From Eledone cirrhosa (Eukaryota), in the NCBI GenBank assembly GCA_964016885.1, contig OZ024741.1, positions 371,194,001 through 371,258,000 of the forward strand: a stretch of 64,000 nt of DNA, read 5' to 3'. Positions 50,760 to 64,000 of the stretch are shown here, piece by piece. The first letter of the stretch is position 1. The number at the start of each line of letters is the position of its first letter. A program made the translations under genes and the position numbers. The notes beneath the pieces were generated by a model. That model did no database searches, had not been told where the DNA came from, and worked only from the letters and a program-made list of their open reading frames with translations.

Positions 50760-52385
50760 TGTAAGCTTCAACCCATTATCATGGGAAGACAGATCAGTAT
50801 TATTGCATAATGCCAGAGATCTTGATCCTATGTCATTACCTTCGAGAGGTGCAATTGTGCAAAGTCACCTCATCCCAAGTCTTCCTAGGTGTTCTTACTC
50901 CATAGCTTTCATCAGCTTTGAGTGCCCTACACCTTGTTATACAGTTGTCATCCTTCATACACATCACATATCCATAACAATGCAATCTCCTCTCCTGCAC
51001 ACTGCATCTGATCCCTCTTATGCTTAGTTTCTCTCTCAGTTCATTTATGCTTTGCGATTCATGTATATTACAATTACATATCCATCAAAGCATCCAATAT
51101 TCACAGGTCCTCTGCACACAGCGCCCAGGTCTCACTACCATGCAACATTGCTGTTTGTATACACACATCATACAATCTACCCTTCATTTTGAGGGAAAAA
51201 CCTTTTGTGGTTAACACCGGTAGCAGCTCTCTGAACTTGCTCCATCCCATTCTCACTCTGGCTACAGTACTTTCAGAACACCCACCTCCACTGCTAATTT
51301 GGTCACCCAGGTAACAGAAACTAACAACTACTTCTACCAAGCCCTCTGAGCATTTAAAGGAACTTGTAGGAGAGGACTAAGAACAGAGACTTGATTCACT
51401 ACAACCTGCATGCTAAATTCTTCACTATAGTCATTAATTGCAACCTTCTGACTGTTCCCCTGTACATGGCTTGTTTTGTCCTTACAAGCCACTCATCTAT
51501 ACCTAATTTTCTAAGAGCCCACCAGATAATGGAACGGGGAACTCTGTCAAAAGCTTTCTCCAGGTCCACAAATGCCAAGTAGAGGGATTTACTTTTAGCT
51601 AGGTACTTCCCCTGCAGTTGCCTCCCAAGAAAGAGGGCATTAGTGGTACTTTTACCACGCACAAATCTGAACTGCATCTTATCTAGGTTAACTCTACCCT
51701 AAATCAGCTGCTATAATTATTTCTGTGACCTTCATGACCTGGTCCATCAACTTAATACTTCTATAGTTTTTTTTCTGTCTAGAGAATCTCTTTTGCCCTT
51801 AAGGCAGCTGACAATGCTGTGCCAGTTATTGGGTATGACACCATTTTGTATTACTTGGTTTACAATGTGGGTGGTTATGGTGTGACATACCATCCCAGAT
51901 GCTTTGAGCATCTCGGCAACTATCCCCGAAGATCCAGCTGCCTTGCCTGTCTTCATATCCTTGGTTGTCTTACTTACTATACTACTGCTGACTTGTACAA
52001 CTGGTCCTTCTGTTGGATTTACTTGGGGCAAACTATCTTCTTCCCATGCATTCTCCTCATTTCATAGTGGCACTGCCATGCTACCTTCTTTTCGACGTCA
52101 GTGAGTGCAAGTACACCATTATCATCTTGGACACACTTCTCTCCGTCAACATCACAATTTCCCCTGACACATTACCTCGCAATTCTGAACACTTCACACC
52201 TTTGGCTCTCGCGTTGCAGAACATGTTTAAATTTTTTATTTTTTGCCTCACTTCTTGCAAAGTATACCAATTGGCTAGCTTCTCTCCTAGTATCCTGGTA
52301 GTGCTCTCTACTTCTCCCATTCTGCTATACTTTACACGCCTGCCTTTTGGCCTTAATTGTGTTCTCCACCTTACTGTTCCACAAT
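50760..52385 (-). mobile_element. Older decayed RTE family A-related LINE
   Basis: Fragments KTGKAAGSSG, FVDLEKAFDRVP and MLHGSETW, with internal deletions. Confidence 0.88.
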
Positions 52386-52386
52386 A

Positions 52387-53190
52387 TCATCATCATCATC
52401 ATCATCATCATCATTGTTTAACGTCTATCTTCCACACTAGCATGGGTTTAAACGGGAATTGTCCCACGTGAGGCAAGATTGGTTGTCTTGCTCGTATAGG
52501 ACTGTCTGGCGGGTTTTCTACGGCTAGATGCCCTTCCTAACACCAACCATGTGTACAGTATGGACTGGGAGGTTTTTACTGTTACCTACACGGCCACCTT
52601 ACAGCGTGGACTGTGTTTTTTTGTCGTGACACCTACACAACCTCATTTATTTAGGACTGGATGTTGTTGTACCAACATAACTTTACAGAAAGGGGTGGTG
52701 TAGATGGGGTATATTTTTGGTTAGGAGGTGCTTATTGACTGTAGGTTTCGCTTTGTACTTAGGCAAGGCGGGTCTTCTGTATTACTGTGTAGCGCCAAAG
52801 ATCTCGGTCCAGTGACATTGTCTTGGAGAGGTGTAAGTGTGTGAGGTCGGAATTTATCAAATCGTCCCAGGTTTTTCTGGGTCTGTCTACTCCGTAGCTT
52901 CCATCTATTTTGATCACCCTGCACTTTTTTATACAGCTGTCGTCTTTCATGCACATCACGTGACCATACCAACGTAATCTTCTCTCGAGTAAACAGCATC
53001 TGATCCCTCTTATTCCTCATTTCTCATTTAGTTCATTTATGCTTTGCTGTTCACATATATTACTATTACACATCCAACGGAGCATGCAAGCTTCGGTCCT
53101 CTCCAGTCTGCGCAGATCCTCTGCATATAATGCCCAGGTCTCACTGCCATGTAACATTGCTGTTCGTATGCAGGCATCATACGAACAGCA
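52387..53190 (-). mobile_element. RTE family A 3' end
   Basis: Matches ~20115-21045, with (CAT)n at 52387. Confidence 0.9.
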
Positions 53191-53979
53191 ATAACTGCAT
53201 CCTTTCTTTCAAGGGACTATATTGAAAAATAAACCTCATTTGGCCATTCCATGAGAGTATCTTGGTCAGCCTATGAACCTTTCAGCCGACCCTCGTATAT
53301 GAAAATAATTTAGCAGTATGCAATCAGGTTTGGAGTTGACTCAAAATTTTCCAGAGGGAGACGCCAGCTTTCTCTGTTGTAGCATGTAATTAAGGGGGTG
53401 TGTATGCCTATCTTTATGTTTCTTGTTATTGTGCAACAAAAACAACTCAGGCATATCTCAACATCAACAACACACCAAATAGCTCCCCCCGTCCTCCTCA
53501 ATGACAAACAAGCTAATCACAGAACAGCACCAAGTGAGAAAAAATTCTTCCGAGGCCATAAAATAAACTGATACAAAATAAAGTTTGGTGAAGTGATGTA
53601 TTTGTAAAAGTCAACTACAAGGCTGAGGTGTTGAAACAGACAAGCATCCTTAAGGCATCACTTGATACTTCAGTTAGATGAACTGACAAGGATAACAAAA
53701 ACTTTGTTGTCAGCAGTTCAACTCCTTTCAACATCATGATTTATAATCAATAATAGTACACTTACGTAAGAGATGTCAACATGAATGGACTGTTATTTTT
53801 ATCTAAAGACATTTTTTTCAATTCCACCCTGCTCGTCCCTTCAATCAATCTAATTTCTCATTCTCTCTTCTGGTAAAGGACTAGCGTCCGAAACGTTAAG
53901 ACCCTCTTCCTGCTATTTCAAGCGTTAATCTAATATATCCCGTCCATATACTGTACTGATTATATATGTATAGAGAGAG

Positions 53980-54036
<57 letters not shown>

Positions 54037-54699
54037 GTTTGTCTAATTTATTCTGCTACTTTAATTTATTTACATTAATATTTTACTGAAAGCAAATTGA
54101 AATCAGAGGCGTTACGAAACAATTTAGGTATTTTGTTCAATGCTCTAACAATGCTGTCAAAACTATAGACTGAATCGCTGTTCTTGCCGAATAATAAACT
54201 GAGCTAAGGGAAACAACTCTAGAAGGTCAATAGCGTGAATTTAGATAACTCTAACTGGCCTTGTGCCTAAAGTAGAAACAATTAATAATTTATTACATTC
54301 ATCTATAAAATAAACTCATAAGATCACTAAACTAAACTCACCATTCATTAACATGACAAAACAAATAATGATGAAAATTTTCCACCGTTCCTATTTACTT
54401 TATTCTTGACTAATCGGTTCAGTAGTTTCGTACTTTATTCACCGGTTTGTTTTATGCTACCCGGTTAACGTCTCAAGACGCAAAACTGGTTAGTTTAATA
54501 CCTAATAATTACTATTCATTCTTTTATTATCATCCCGCAAACTATTTTCAGACTCTGCAACATAATTTATGTATCAAATTTGCAGATAATCAAGTTTTAT
54601 TTTCACATATTTTGAAATGTTTAGTAATCTGTAATCAATAGTTGATATTTCTGTTGACATGATAACGCTCTTTCTATGATATTAAGAAAACGTGGACGT

Positions 54700-55345
54700 A
54701 AATTTAAGTAATAGGTTTTACTATCGATATGATTTATTTTAGAGTTAACCTTCATAATACAATATGTGTTGTTCTACTAGAAAAAGCATATAGCGCACAA
54801 GCGGCTGTTAGAACGTTTGGGTGGGCCTACGAACTGTCTATAATAGTTATAGTGTGTTTCTGTTGGGCCAGAAACTGCGCTGTACAATTTCAGTCTGAAG
54901 TAACGGAAGATTGGCGAAGATACCTTACTTCTTATACATACACTAACGTACAATTATATTTATCCATTTTATTTATCATTCTATTCCTGTCGACACAGAC
55001 CGTCACTAACTTAGTAATTCTATTGTCGAATAACCTTGACGGAGTTGCAGACGACGTCCTTCGCCCTCTACCCCTTGTTAAAGAAGCTTTTGTGGGAGTG
55101 ATTGAAAGTAAAGTATAATAAATTTATTGATTTTATGCTTATTATAGATCAATAATATGACATTAAATATTTCAGACTGAGCTTACATATATGAAATCCC
55201 GCGGAAAAGTGAATAATAAACTGATGCCATTTGAAGAACACCAGAGTCTGTTGACCAAAACGATGATAGTTTACATCCCGTTGAGTTGTATCTCTGATAA
55301 AACATTTCACTCTTTATGGTGCACAGTCCACCTAGCTGTAAATAG
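54700..55345 (+). promoter_or_regulatory. Candidate MTFMT promoter and non-coding 5' exon(s)
   Basis: Unique, CpG-retaining sequence ~2.3 kb upstream of an acceptor-bearing first coding exon. Candidate donor GT at 55108, acceptor AG at 55175 and donor at 55346. Confidence 0.35.
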
Positions 55346-57557
55346 GTACCATTAGTTTAGTCAGTTTGACTTGTTTTCATTGTTATCTAATAGTTTAGTT
55401 TGTCAATGGCAAACTTGTTTGGAAATAAAGGAAATATTGGAAAGACAAACCTGATGGTTATCTATTATGCATATGTGCATACTCCGCAAATGATGTAAGT
55501 ATTAGAAATCATGTTTTCTAATATATCATCTGCCTCTTGGTCCTGGCTGGCAGGATGGAGAGAACATTGCCCATGAGGAGGATGTACTGGAGCAGCCACT
55601 CCATCTATTTAATGGATAGTGCTAGAAAGAGTATCCAAATATCTGTGAAATCACAGTTAGGCAAAATGATAACTTGGCCAAGTGTTAAGATAAATATAAG
55701 TATTTAAAAATAAACAGCTTTGTATCATAGAACCACGAGTGGTTTCGGGCTGTTTGATATGAAAACGTTTATTCCACTAAGATTTTAAAAACACTGCTCT
55801 GACTTAGATCCCCTTCCCCCTTTCTTTCATTGTCTAATAATCCTTGTCCATTTCCGCTCATAGCATTTTCTAATGCTATTTTCTTTTTCTATATGTTTGA
55901 CTAAATATTAAATTCTTTATTATTTTTATAACATTATTTTTATGTAATTTTATCTTAGAAGTCATCATCGTTTAACGTCCACTTTCCACACTAGCATGGG
56001 TTAGATGGGTTGTCTCATTTGAGGGAAGTTGGGTCAGGTGACTGTGTCTTGCTCATATAGAACTGTTTCTGGTTAGATCTCTACAGCTGGATGCCCTTCC
56101 TAACATCAACCACATTTACAGTGGGTACTGGATATTTTTTGTCATGACTTCTACACAACCACTTTACGGTGTGGGCTGGGTGCTTTTTGTCATGACACCT
56201 ACACGACCACTTTACAGTGTGGGCTGGGTGCTTTTTGTCGTGACACCTACATTTCAAAATACTCAAATATATTTGAAATAAAATATGTCTCTGGAAAAAA
56301 ACAAAATTACTGTATTATGAAAGGGTTCTCATAATTATGACTAATAATAAAACACAATCAGAAATAAATATGTACTGACTTAATAGTTATAGCACACAGC
56401 TGTCAGTAATGGTTTGTAATTTAGGCACAAGGCCAGCAATTTGTGAGGAGGGAAACTCTAATATATTGTCTCCAGTACTTTAGTGGTACTCTATTTTGTC
56501 AACCCTAGAAGGATGAAACTCAAAGTTGGCCTTGGTAGGCTAGAATTAATATTGCTACACATTTTCCCGATACTCTAATGACTCTGCAAAGCCACGACCC
56601 TACATTACTGTAAATGTGTAAATGATAAGAACACTTAATGACTGATAGGTGTTTTCATTAGTAATTCAATGCTTAGTTCAAATCTTACAATGGATAATAG
56701 CTTGGAAAGGGATAAGTTTCACCTAGTCAACCATTCTGGTGTCCATCTTCAGCAATAATCCTTCTGGGAATGGACAGCAGAAAGGATTTATTTTGTCAAA
56801 GCTAACACTATGGAATTGCATAACTGCTATTGATTAGTCAATATATCGATAAAAGTTTGTTTATTTCCCTCTGAAATGGTAAAAAACAATGAACTAATTT
56901 ACTAAATCTTGTCTTATATGTTTCATTGTTCAACATTATATATATATATTCTCTTTGACTGTGAACTCTGTATGGAATCATTGGGTTGCCGATTACTTCC
57001 AAACAAAGTGAAGAAGAATTGACCAAGTACTGGACTTGTACTTTACCAAGTTCAGAATCCAAACAAAATGAAAAGTAAAGTGACCTTGGCAGGATTTTAA
57101 CTCAGAATGCTAAGAACTAAAACAAATACTGTAAAGCATTTTATCCAACATTCTAATGACTATATATTTCTCGTTTTCTTTTCTTACTCTTGCTATCTTT
57201 CTAGTTCTCTCTCTCATTCTATCTTCTTTCCAATGAAAGACTAACATCTGAAACGTTAAGACTCCTTTCCATCTATATCAAACGTTAAACAAATATGTAT
57301 GGGGATCCAGCTGGATCAGTTGGAGACGGTTGCTTCTGACAGGACCGAGTGATAGATGTGTTTCAGTACTGTGTCTCCACGACCCTCTCACGAATAAGTT
57401 GGCAAAGAAGAAAAAGAATATATTGTATTGTTCTCTATTGCTGACTTTTCTTATATATATATATTTTATATATATATTTTATTTTTCTTCTTTAAATTAC
57501 AGATAATGGAATAACCAGTAAAGAACACAAAAGATCTCAACCAGTGAAGCTATCATA

Positions 57558-57805
57558 ATGTATGCTGCTAACTTTTCACTAAGGAACAGTAGATATTATT
57601 TACCAGAAAAATCCTTTGGGCAGTTCTGGCCATGTCTTGGTTGCTTCTGCTCCAAGCTTTTCAAATCTAAGGTCCAAATTGTGCGTCGCCATAAATCTAC
57701 CAAGACAAGTAAAACAGTTCGGAAAGAAAAACCTCCTTGGAGTATTTTATTCTTTGGTTCTGATGCATTTTCTCGGGAGAATTTGAAAAAGCTTACTGAT
57801 AATAT
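57558..57805 (+). CDS. MTFMT: Mitochondrial methionyl-tRNA formyltransferase, first coding exon
   Basis: A basic, acid-poor N-terminal presequence followed by VRKEKPPWSILFFGSDAFSRENLKKL, matching MTFMT ([21 protein letters not shown]). Acceptor TTACAG at 57502 and donor GTAAGT at 57806 (phase 2). The next exon was not found in the window. Confidence 0.9.
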
Positions 57806-58699
57806 GTAAGTATACATTGCAAATTCTAATAAATAGACTGTATTAATTAGCTGTAAAGGGCAGTGGATTGGCCGTATCAGTAGAACGTTGGACAACATGC
57901 TTTGTGGCAAATAATTATGTCTCTTTACATTCTGAGTTCAAATCCCATCAAGGTTAGCTTTGCCTTTCATCCTTATAGGGTTGATAAAATGAGGTACTAG
58001 TAATGCACTGGGGTCGATTTAATTGACTTTGTATTCCCTCAAAATTGTTGGCCTTGTGCCTAAATCAGAAACCATTTATTAGCTGTTTTTCTAAGTACAG
58101 TGGATTAGCAGATTTGTTAGTTGGATGAAATGCATTACAGTATTTCGTTACAGCCCTCTGTGTTCTGGTTGCAGATCCTGCGAAAGTCAAATTTACTTTT
58201 CATCCTTTTGGATTCAATAGAATAAAGTACCAATCAAACTCATGACCTTATGATTGTGAACCAAACACCCTAAACACTAAGCCACATGCCTTCACTCTAA
58301 TAATATTGTCCTAAATAAACTCTGTATGGATGGTCAAGGTTGGATCACTTTTAATCATAAATTGCTGGCCTTGTGCCTAAACTAGAAAATTTTAATTAAC
58401 TGTTTTTCTAGAAAATGATATTGTTCTTTAGCTCCATGTAATCTTAGATTGAGCAGACATGATCCAAGATGGTATGTCTGCATATGTGTATGTATATATA
58501 CACATTTTCCTGTGTTGCTCTAATTACTTCATTGGTTACAAGATATATTTTGGGAGTTTATAATTTTTTTTCTGTTTTGGCTGTATTCAGACCATGAGAG
58601 AGGATCGTCTCCACCAGGTTTAAAATGTCTAAAAAAGACTGTATGTCACTACATACATAGGCAGGATTCCACAGAAATGAGGTTGTGTGCTGCTAATGA

Positions 58700-59210
58700 A
58701 CTTTTAGGACATTGACATTAAAATTTTCAATGCCTGGGCTGCAATTAACAAAATGGAAATGATATGGAAGTCTAATCTAGCCAGAAAAATCAAAATATCA
58801 TTCTTCAGAACATCTGTTGAGTCAGTGATGTGTGGATCAGATAGATGGACCCTGACACAAGCACTTGAGAAGAAACTAGATGGTGCATGCACTAAAATAC
58901 TTAGGGTTGTACAAAACATAAACTGGCGTCAATGTATTACAAATGAATGTTTATATGGAAACTTACCCAAGATAACAACTACAGTTGATCAAAGGCTGTT
59001 ACGATTTACAGGACATTGCTGGGAGAAGTAAGCAGGAAGTTATACACAAGCTACTGTTGTAGGAACCAGCTCATGGGAGACGCAGTAGAGGAAGGTCTGC
59101 TCGAACAGTCATCGATCAACTCTCAGATGATACAAACCTCAGCAGGGAGCAGTTGTCAGGAGCAATGGAAAATCGTGAATTGTGGAGAGACTTTGTCATG
59201 AATGTTTGAC
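58700..59210 (+). mobile_element. RTE-type LINE family D fragment
   Basis: Encodes IWKSNLARKIKISFFRTSVESV...LDGACTKILR...LRFTGHCW. Confidence 0.8.
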
Positions 59211-60448
59211 TGTGGTTGCAGTGATAATGAACACTGTAGGCCAGATGGAACCAACTAGGAATTTTTAAATTTGAAAGTGTATCATGGATTCGATTCTCCT
59301 GAAGCTTACCTCTTATTCTTCTAACAATTGATAATCTGTATATGTATTGAAATATATCTAAGTATGGTTTCGTTTTGTTCTCACTTTGAAATTCATACAG
59401 CATTAAACATTTTTTAATTATTATTTTGAAGGAATTCAAGCCTTAACCCGACTGTACAGTCTGTGGAAGTTGTTTGCAAGACTTCGCAAGTTAGTATCTA
59501 ATTTCATATTTTTTGCAATTTATGATTTCTTCTGTTTCAGGACCATAGTATAGAGTTGTATACCTTGCAAGCTGAGCCTATAATGTTATTTGTTTCACAA
59601 TTGTAGTCATTTCGTTTTATTTTTGTCACTTTTGTCCTTGAAGTCTCAAGTCTGAAGCTCTGCAGAGTTATTTCCCTTGCCTTCCGAATCATAAGATAGT
59701 ATACTCTGGTATGGTAACATATTTCATACAAAGAATCCAAATAGCTATACACACATTATTATGAATTGGCAGTATCGGTAGAGGGTTGGACGCCATGTTT
59801 TCTAGCATAGCTACGTCCCTTTACAGTCTGAGTTCAAATCCCGCCGAGGTTAACTTTGCCTTTCATCCTTACGGGGTCGATAAAATAAAGTACCAGTAAT
59901 GTACTGGGTAATTGCTGGCCTTATGCCTAAAGTAGAAACAATTATTATCTTCACTGTGTAACAAAGGATAATTTGCTCTGGCTTAAGTGTAAATTGAATG
60001 AGTACTCATTTCTTTAAAATGAATTGATGAATGACACTCATGACAAGCCATGAAGATTTATGGAACTGGTACTAATTAAATACAAAGGAAATTTGTGATG
60101 ATTTAGCAGTTGGGATATGAACAGATTTCCGGTGAAGATGTCTGTCTGCAGCAACCTTTCCCAAAGATTTGACATCTATTTTGCATCCACCTGAGGTATG
60201 AAAAATATGGTCTCCTGTCTACAGACAAGGAAATTCTTGCCCTGGGTAGGAACTCATGACAAATGAACTAACAGTCCAATATGTTTTTCTTCTCTTGGTC
60301 ATTTCTTCTGTGTCCTGTCATTAAATATGACATTTTACTCTGTTTACTTTGACCTGAGAAAAAAAAGAGGCACTTTCCTTGCATTAAGATATAGAATGAC
60401 TACCAAAAAACATCTGATAGAAATTGCCAAAGAAGGAATGTATATGTG

Positions 60449-61020
60449 TTCATCATCAACATTATCATAATTGTTTAACGTCTATCTTCCATGCTAGCAT
60501 GGGTTAGACGGGAATTATCCCACTTGAGGCAAGATTGATCGGGTGACAGCGTCTCACTCGTATAGGACTGTATCTGGCAGGTTTTCTACAGCTCGATGCC
60601 CTTCCTAACACCAATCACATTTACAATGTGGACTGGGAGCCTTTTTACTGTCTCCTACATGACCATTTTATAGTGTGGACTGGGTACTTTTTGTTGTGAC
60701 ACCTACACGACCACTTCAGTGTAGACTGGATATTCTGTGGTACCAACATAACTTCACAGAGAAAGGGTGGTGTTAGTGGGAGGATGGAGTAGGGGTAGTG
60801 GGTTGGGGTGAATATTTGGTTAAGAAGTGCCTACTGACTGTAGGTTTAACTTTGTACGTAAGGGAAGGCAGGTCTTCTGTATTACTGCGTAGCGCCAAAG
60901 GTCTCGATCCAGTGACATTGTCTTAGAGAAGTGTAAGTGTGCAAGATCAGATTTTATCATGTCGCCCCAGGTTTTTCTGGGTCTACTTACTCCGTAGCTT
61001 CCATCAATTTTGATCGCCCT
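60449..61020 (-). mobile_element. RTE family A 3' end
   Basis: RPRKTW...DRDLWRY, 3' UTR and a degenerate (CAT)n tail. Confidence 0.85.
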
Positions 61021-62244
61021 ATGTATATGTATTAGTAAAATCATTCTCAGATTAGATCCTTAAATTATTCAGCCTCTGTTGTTTTCAACGAGGAGTGCCC
61101 CAGTTGATTCAATGAACAGAATTGCCTGTTTGCAAAATTAACATGTAAGTCATGTAAGTGACTGAGCATTCCACAGACATGTACAATCTTAATCAGTGAG
61201 CTTGAGCATGGCAGAATATGTGATAAGGCTGGCCGTTTCAACTAGAGGTACAACTCATTTTTGCCAGCTGAGTGGACTGGAGCAATATGAAATAAAGTGT
61301 CTTGCTTAAGGATATAGAATGCACTGCTTCGTTCAGGAATGAAACTCATGAACTTATTGCGAACCAAACACCCTAAACACTAAGCCACATGCCTTCACTC
61401 TAATAATGCGTTCTGTCTGGATGGTCAAGGATGGATCACTTTTAATCATAAGTCTTCTGGATCAAGGCTGACTAAAAAAAGAGAAGGCTAACACATTTGT
61501 GGATCCATTCCAATAATATTGATGTCTAATTCAGGCAGAAGGACAACAAATTATGGGGATGGACACAGTTGATTAATTCAACTCCAGTACTTAAGCAATC
61601 CTTTATTTTATCAACCCTGGGAGGATGAAATTAAAGAGCCACAACAAATACTGCAATGATATTTTATTTACCAATCTACTATTTCCACCAATCCACCACC
61701 CTATCCATTCAAATCATATTAAAATATTACTTTTATTAATACGTATGGCAAAATAGTCTCCCTTGAGTTACAATATTCGTAGGCGCTTATCAAGTTAGGC
61801 AAGATACTTTTAAGTACTTTTAAGGTGTTGGAGTGACAAAGTGTGAAGCATAATTGTGAATTCTTTCCCTTCTCAAATCCCACAAAGCCATAGACTGATG
61901 AAATCAATCACTTATACACCATCCTCAATAAATTTCTAAACTTATACCCATGTAGAAAATCATTATCAGTATCAGTAGAGGGTCGGACGCCATGCTTTGA
62001 CGTATAGAGTTACGGTCCTTGCCATTCTGAGTTCAAATCACGCGGAGTTTGATTTTGCCTTTCATCCTTATGGGGTCTATAAAACAAAGTACCAGTAATG
62101 CACTGGTTAATTGCTGGCCTTGTGCCAAAAGTAGAAACAATTATTACATACTTCAAATATTATAATTGTAATTTATTGGTGTTTAAGAGCAGTCTGTCAC
62201 AAAATACTAAGAGGTGTTTAGTTACATCAGTTTATGTTTTCTCA

Positions 62245-63150
62245 GAGGATGATGTCATCAGAACAATTAAAGCGCTCAGCTGTAGCAAGGCCTTTGGCAG
62301 GGATGAAATTCAGCCCGAGATGTTAAAAGGCTTAAATAAGGAACGTAATTCTCTGGCTGAATCGTGTCTACCAGGTGGCTTGAATCTTTGGAAAGGCATC
62401 TAAGTAATGGCAATCGGGAGTGAAAATCTCAATTTCAAAAGGCGAGACAAGAGAGATTGCTCTTATTATAGAGGGATCTCCTTGTTAAGCATCCCCAGCT
62501 AAGTGTCTGGCAAAGAGATATAGAGATTGTCCAGTCCAAGATAGCTGTGGAAAGTGTGGTTTTTGCCCCGGATGCAGTACAGCCGACCAAATATTCACAC
62601 ATATCTTTAAGAAATCATGGGAATAATGCCAAGATGTGTATTCTTATTTCATAGATTTTGAAAAGGCATATGCCCGTGTTCTACGGAACCTGTTGTGTAA
62701 GCTTTGTGATTTAATGAACAGCTTCTTGTTGCCTTCACGTCCCTTTATGAATGCCCAAGTATTTGTGTTCGGATAAATGCTGCTAAGTTGAAACCATTCA
62801 ATGTGGGTGTTAGATACCACTAAAGGTGCATGCTGGTGGGTGTATGATCAATCAGCTATAATTTGCAGATGATGTAGTATTACTTAACTCATCAGAAGAT
62901 TATATCTAACATGCACGGGATAGGTTTGCTACTGAGTGCTGCATGGCTGGAATGAAAATCAGTGCTGTGAAGTCTGAGACGTTCATACTCAGAAGGAAAC
63001 CTGCATAGTGCACTCTACATGTTGTTGGATTACCACTGAAGCAGGAGAAGTTCAAGTATTTTGTGGCCATTTTCACAAGGAAAGCAGAAGCCTGAATTCA
63101 GTGCAAGAAATGCAAGAGCTGGTACAGTAATATGCCAGCTTCAGCATTCA
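62245..63150 (+). mobile_element. Heavily decayed LINE RT fragment
   Basis: KAFGRDEIQPEMLK, YRGISLLS, FIDFEKAY, FADDVVLL and FKY motifs across broken frames. Confidence 0.75.
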
Positions 63151-63239
63151 GTTATATATATATATATGTGTGTGTGTGTTATGTAATTCCGTAGAAAGGG
63201 TAAATGAATGAAGAGTGCTCTATGTATAGTACAGAGCTA

Positions 63240-63750
63240 TTTAATTACATAAACAACACAATATAATTAATCCATTACCAAAGGTTTCCATTACTGGACG
63301 TTTCTGTTAAGATTGTCTAGTTTCCTGAAACCTTTGGTAATGGAATAATTATATTGTGTTGTTTATTATGTAATTATATATATTAAAGAGTTAAACAAGA
63401 TTCAATGAGTACAGCAAAGAATGAGTTTTACAGTAGATTGGAAGCACTCTACAGAAAAATATTTTCCAGAGTTTTTAATATTAAAATACAAATATTAATA
63501 AGATAGATGTTCCTGTGATCAATTAAATTTTATTATACATATTTCAGAGGTACAACAGTACGTCCTCATCAGATAAAATAAAATGATACATGACATACCC
63601 TGAGATATAATGATACATGACATACCCTGAGATGTTAAATGATTAAGATTAATCAAGGTAGTACCTTGATTAATCTTAATCTGAAATATGTATAATAAAA
63701 TTTAATTGATCACAGGAACATCTATCTTATTAATATTTGTATTTTAATAT
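63240..63750. mobile_element. Nested fold-back elements with a decayed hammerhead next to (TA)n
   Basis: Inverted pairs at ~63242-63288/63328-63378 and ~63477-63548/63680-63750, a perfect hairpin at 63641-63681, and minus-strand CTGATGA...GAAATATGTA-TAATAAA at ~63530-63578. Confidence 0.55.
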
Positions 63751-63767
63751 ATATATATATATATATA

Positions 63768-64000
63768 TAAATTAATAAAGTAATGAATAAACAAAGAAAC
63801 AGTTCCTTATATTAACAAAAATTCATCATTTTACGATCGTTTCTAGGATATATATGTGTTAGAGTTGGTATGCATATTCTATAGATCTATGTACAATATT
63901 TATACAAACTATCAGAGGGAATATACATACCTACACATATATATGCTGTCTTCAGAAATAATGATATTTGTTTATTGAAAAAAACAAAGATTCAATACAA
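63768..64000 (-). mobile_element. Second copy of the Neptune-type pseudo-LTR (runs off the window)
   Basis: Homologous to 32777-33010, starts at the same position next to (TA)n, and contains the extended-stem II hammerhead. Confidence 0.85.

Noticed and set aside
53190-53800. Unique sequence with a palindromic CTTACGTAAG double splice-donor-like site; possible divergent gene
   Set aside because: No sustained ORF or recognisable product. It cannot be supported without transcripts.
59541-59760. Strong acceptor (TTCTTCTGTTTCAG) as MTFMT exon 2
   Set aside because: A stop occurs within four codons in the required phase, and there is no MTFMT similarity.

Overview
Repeat-dominated, AT-rich animal genomic DNA. 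The SINE, RTE and (TA)n content fits a coleoid cephalopod such as Octopus, but that is an inference. Two host genes are visible on the + strand. One is the last two coding exons of cysteine dioxygenase (CDO1; 3266-3432 and 16255-16317, separated by a 12.8 kb TE-filled intron). The other is the first coding exon of mitochondrial methionyl-tRNA formyltransferase (MTFMT; CDS 57558-57805). Most of the remainder is mobile DNA: several RTE-clade LINE families with (GAT)n tails, tRNA-derived SINEs, piggyBac- and hAT-type MITEs, a DD37D (maT) Tc1/mariner relic, a decayed Helitron with both termini, and an L1/Tx1-type LINE that sits in TATC-type repeats. The main signal missed by the ORF track is a set of at least 8 mutually unrelated short, mostly fold-back elements docked at (TA)n tracts. 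Each carries a type I hammerhead ribozyme motif, and one retains a Penelope-like (Neptune-type) GIY-YIG C-terminus. They cluster in a ~5.8 kb island at 30.2-36.0 kb. They include a U3:A8 compensated core and a hammerhead with a ~100-nt stem II, and (TA)n-centred snap-back palindromes occur alongside them. All assignments were made by eye; no database searches or folding programs were run.
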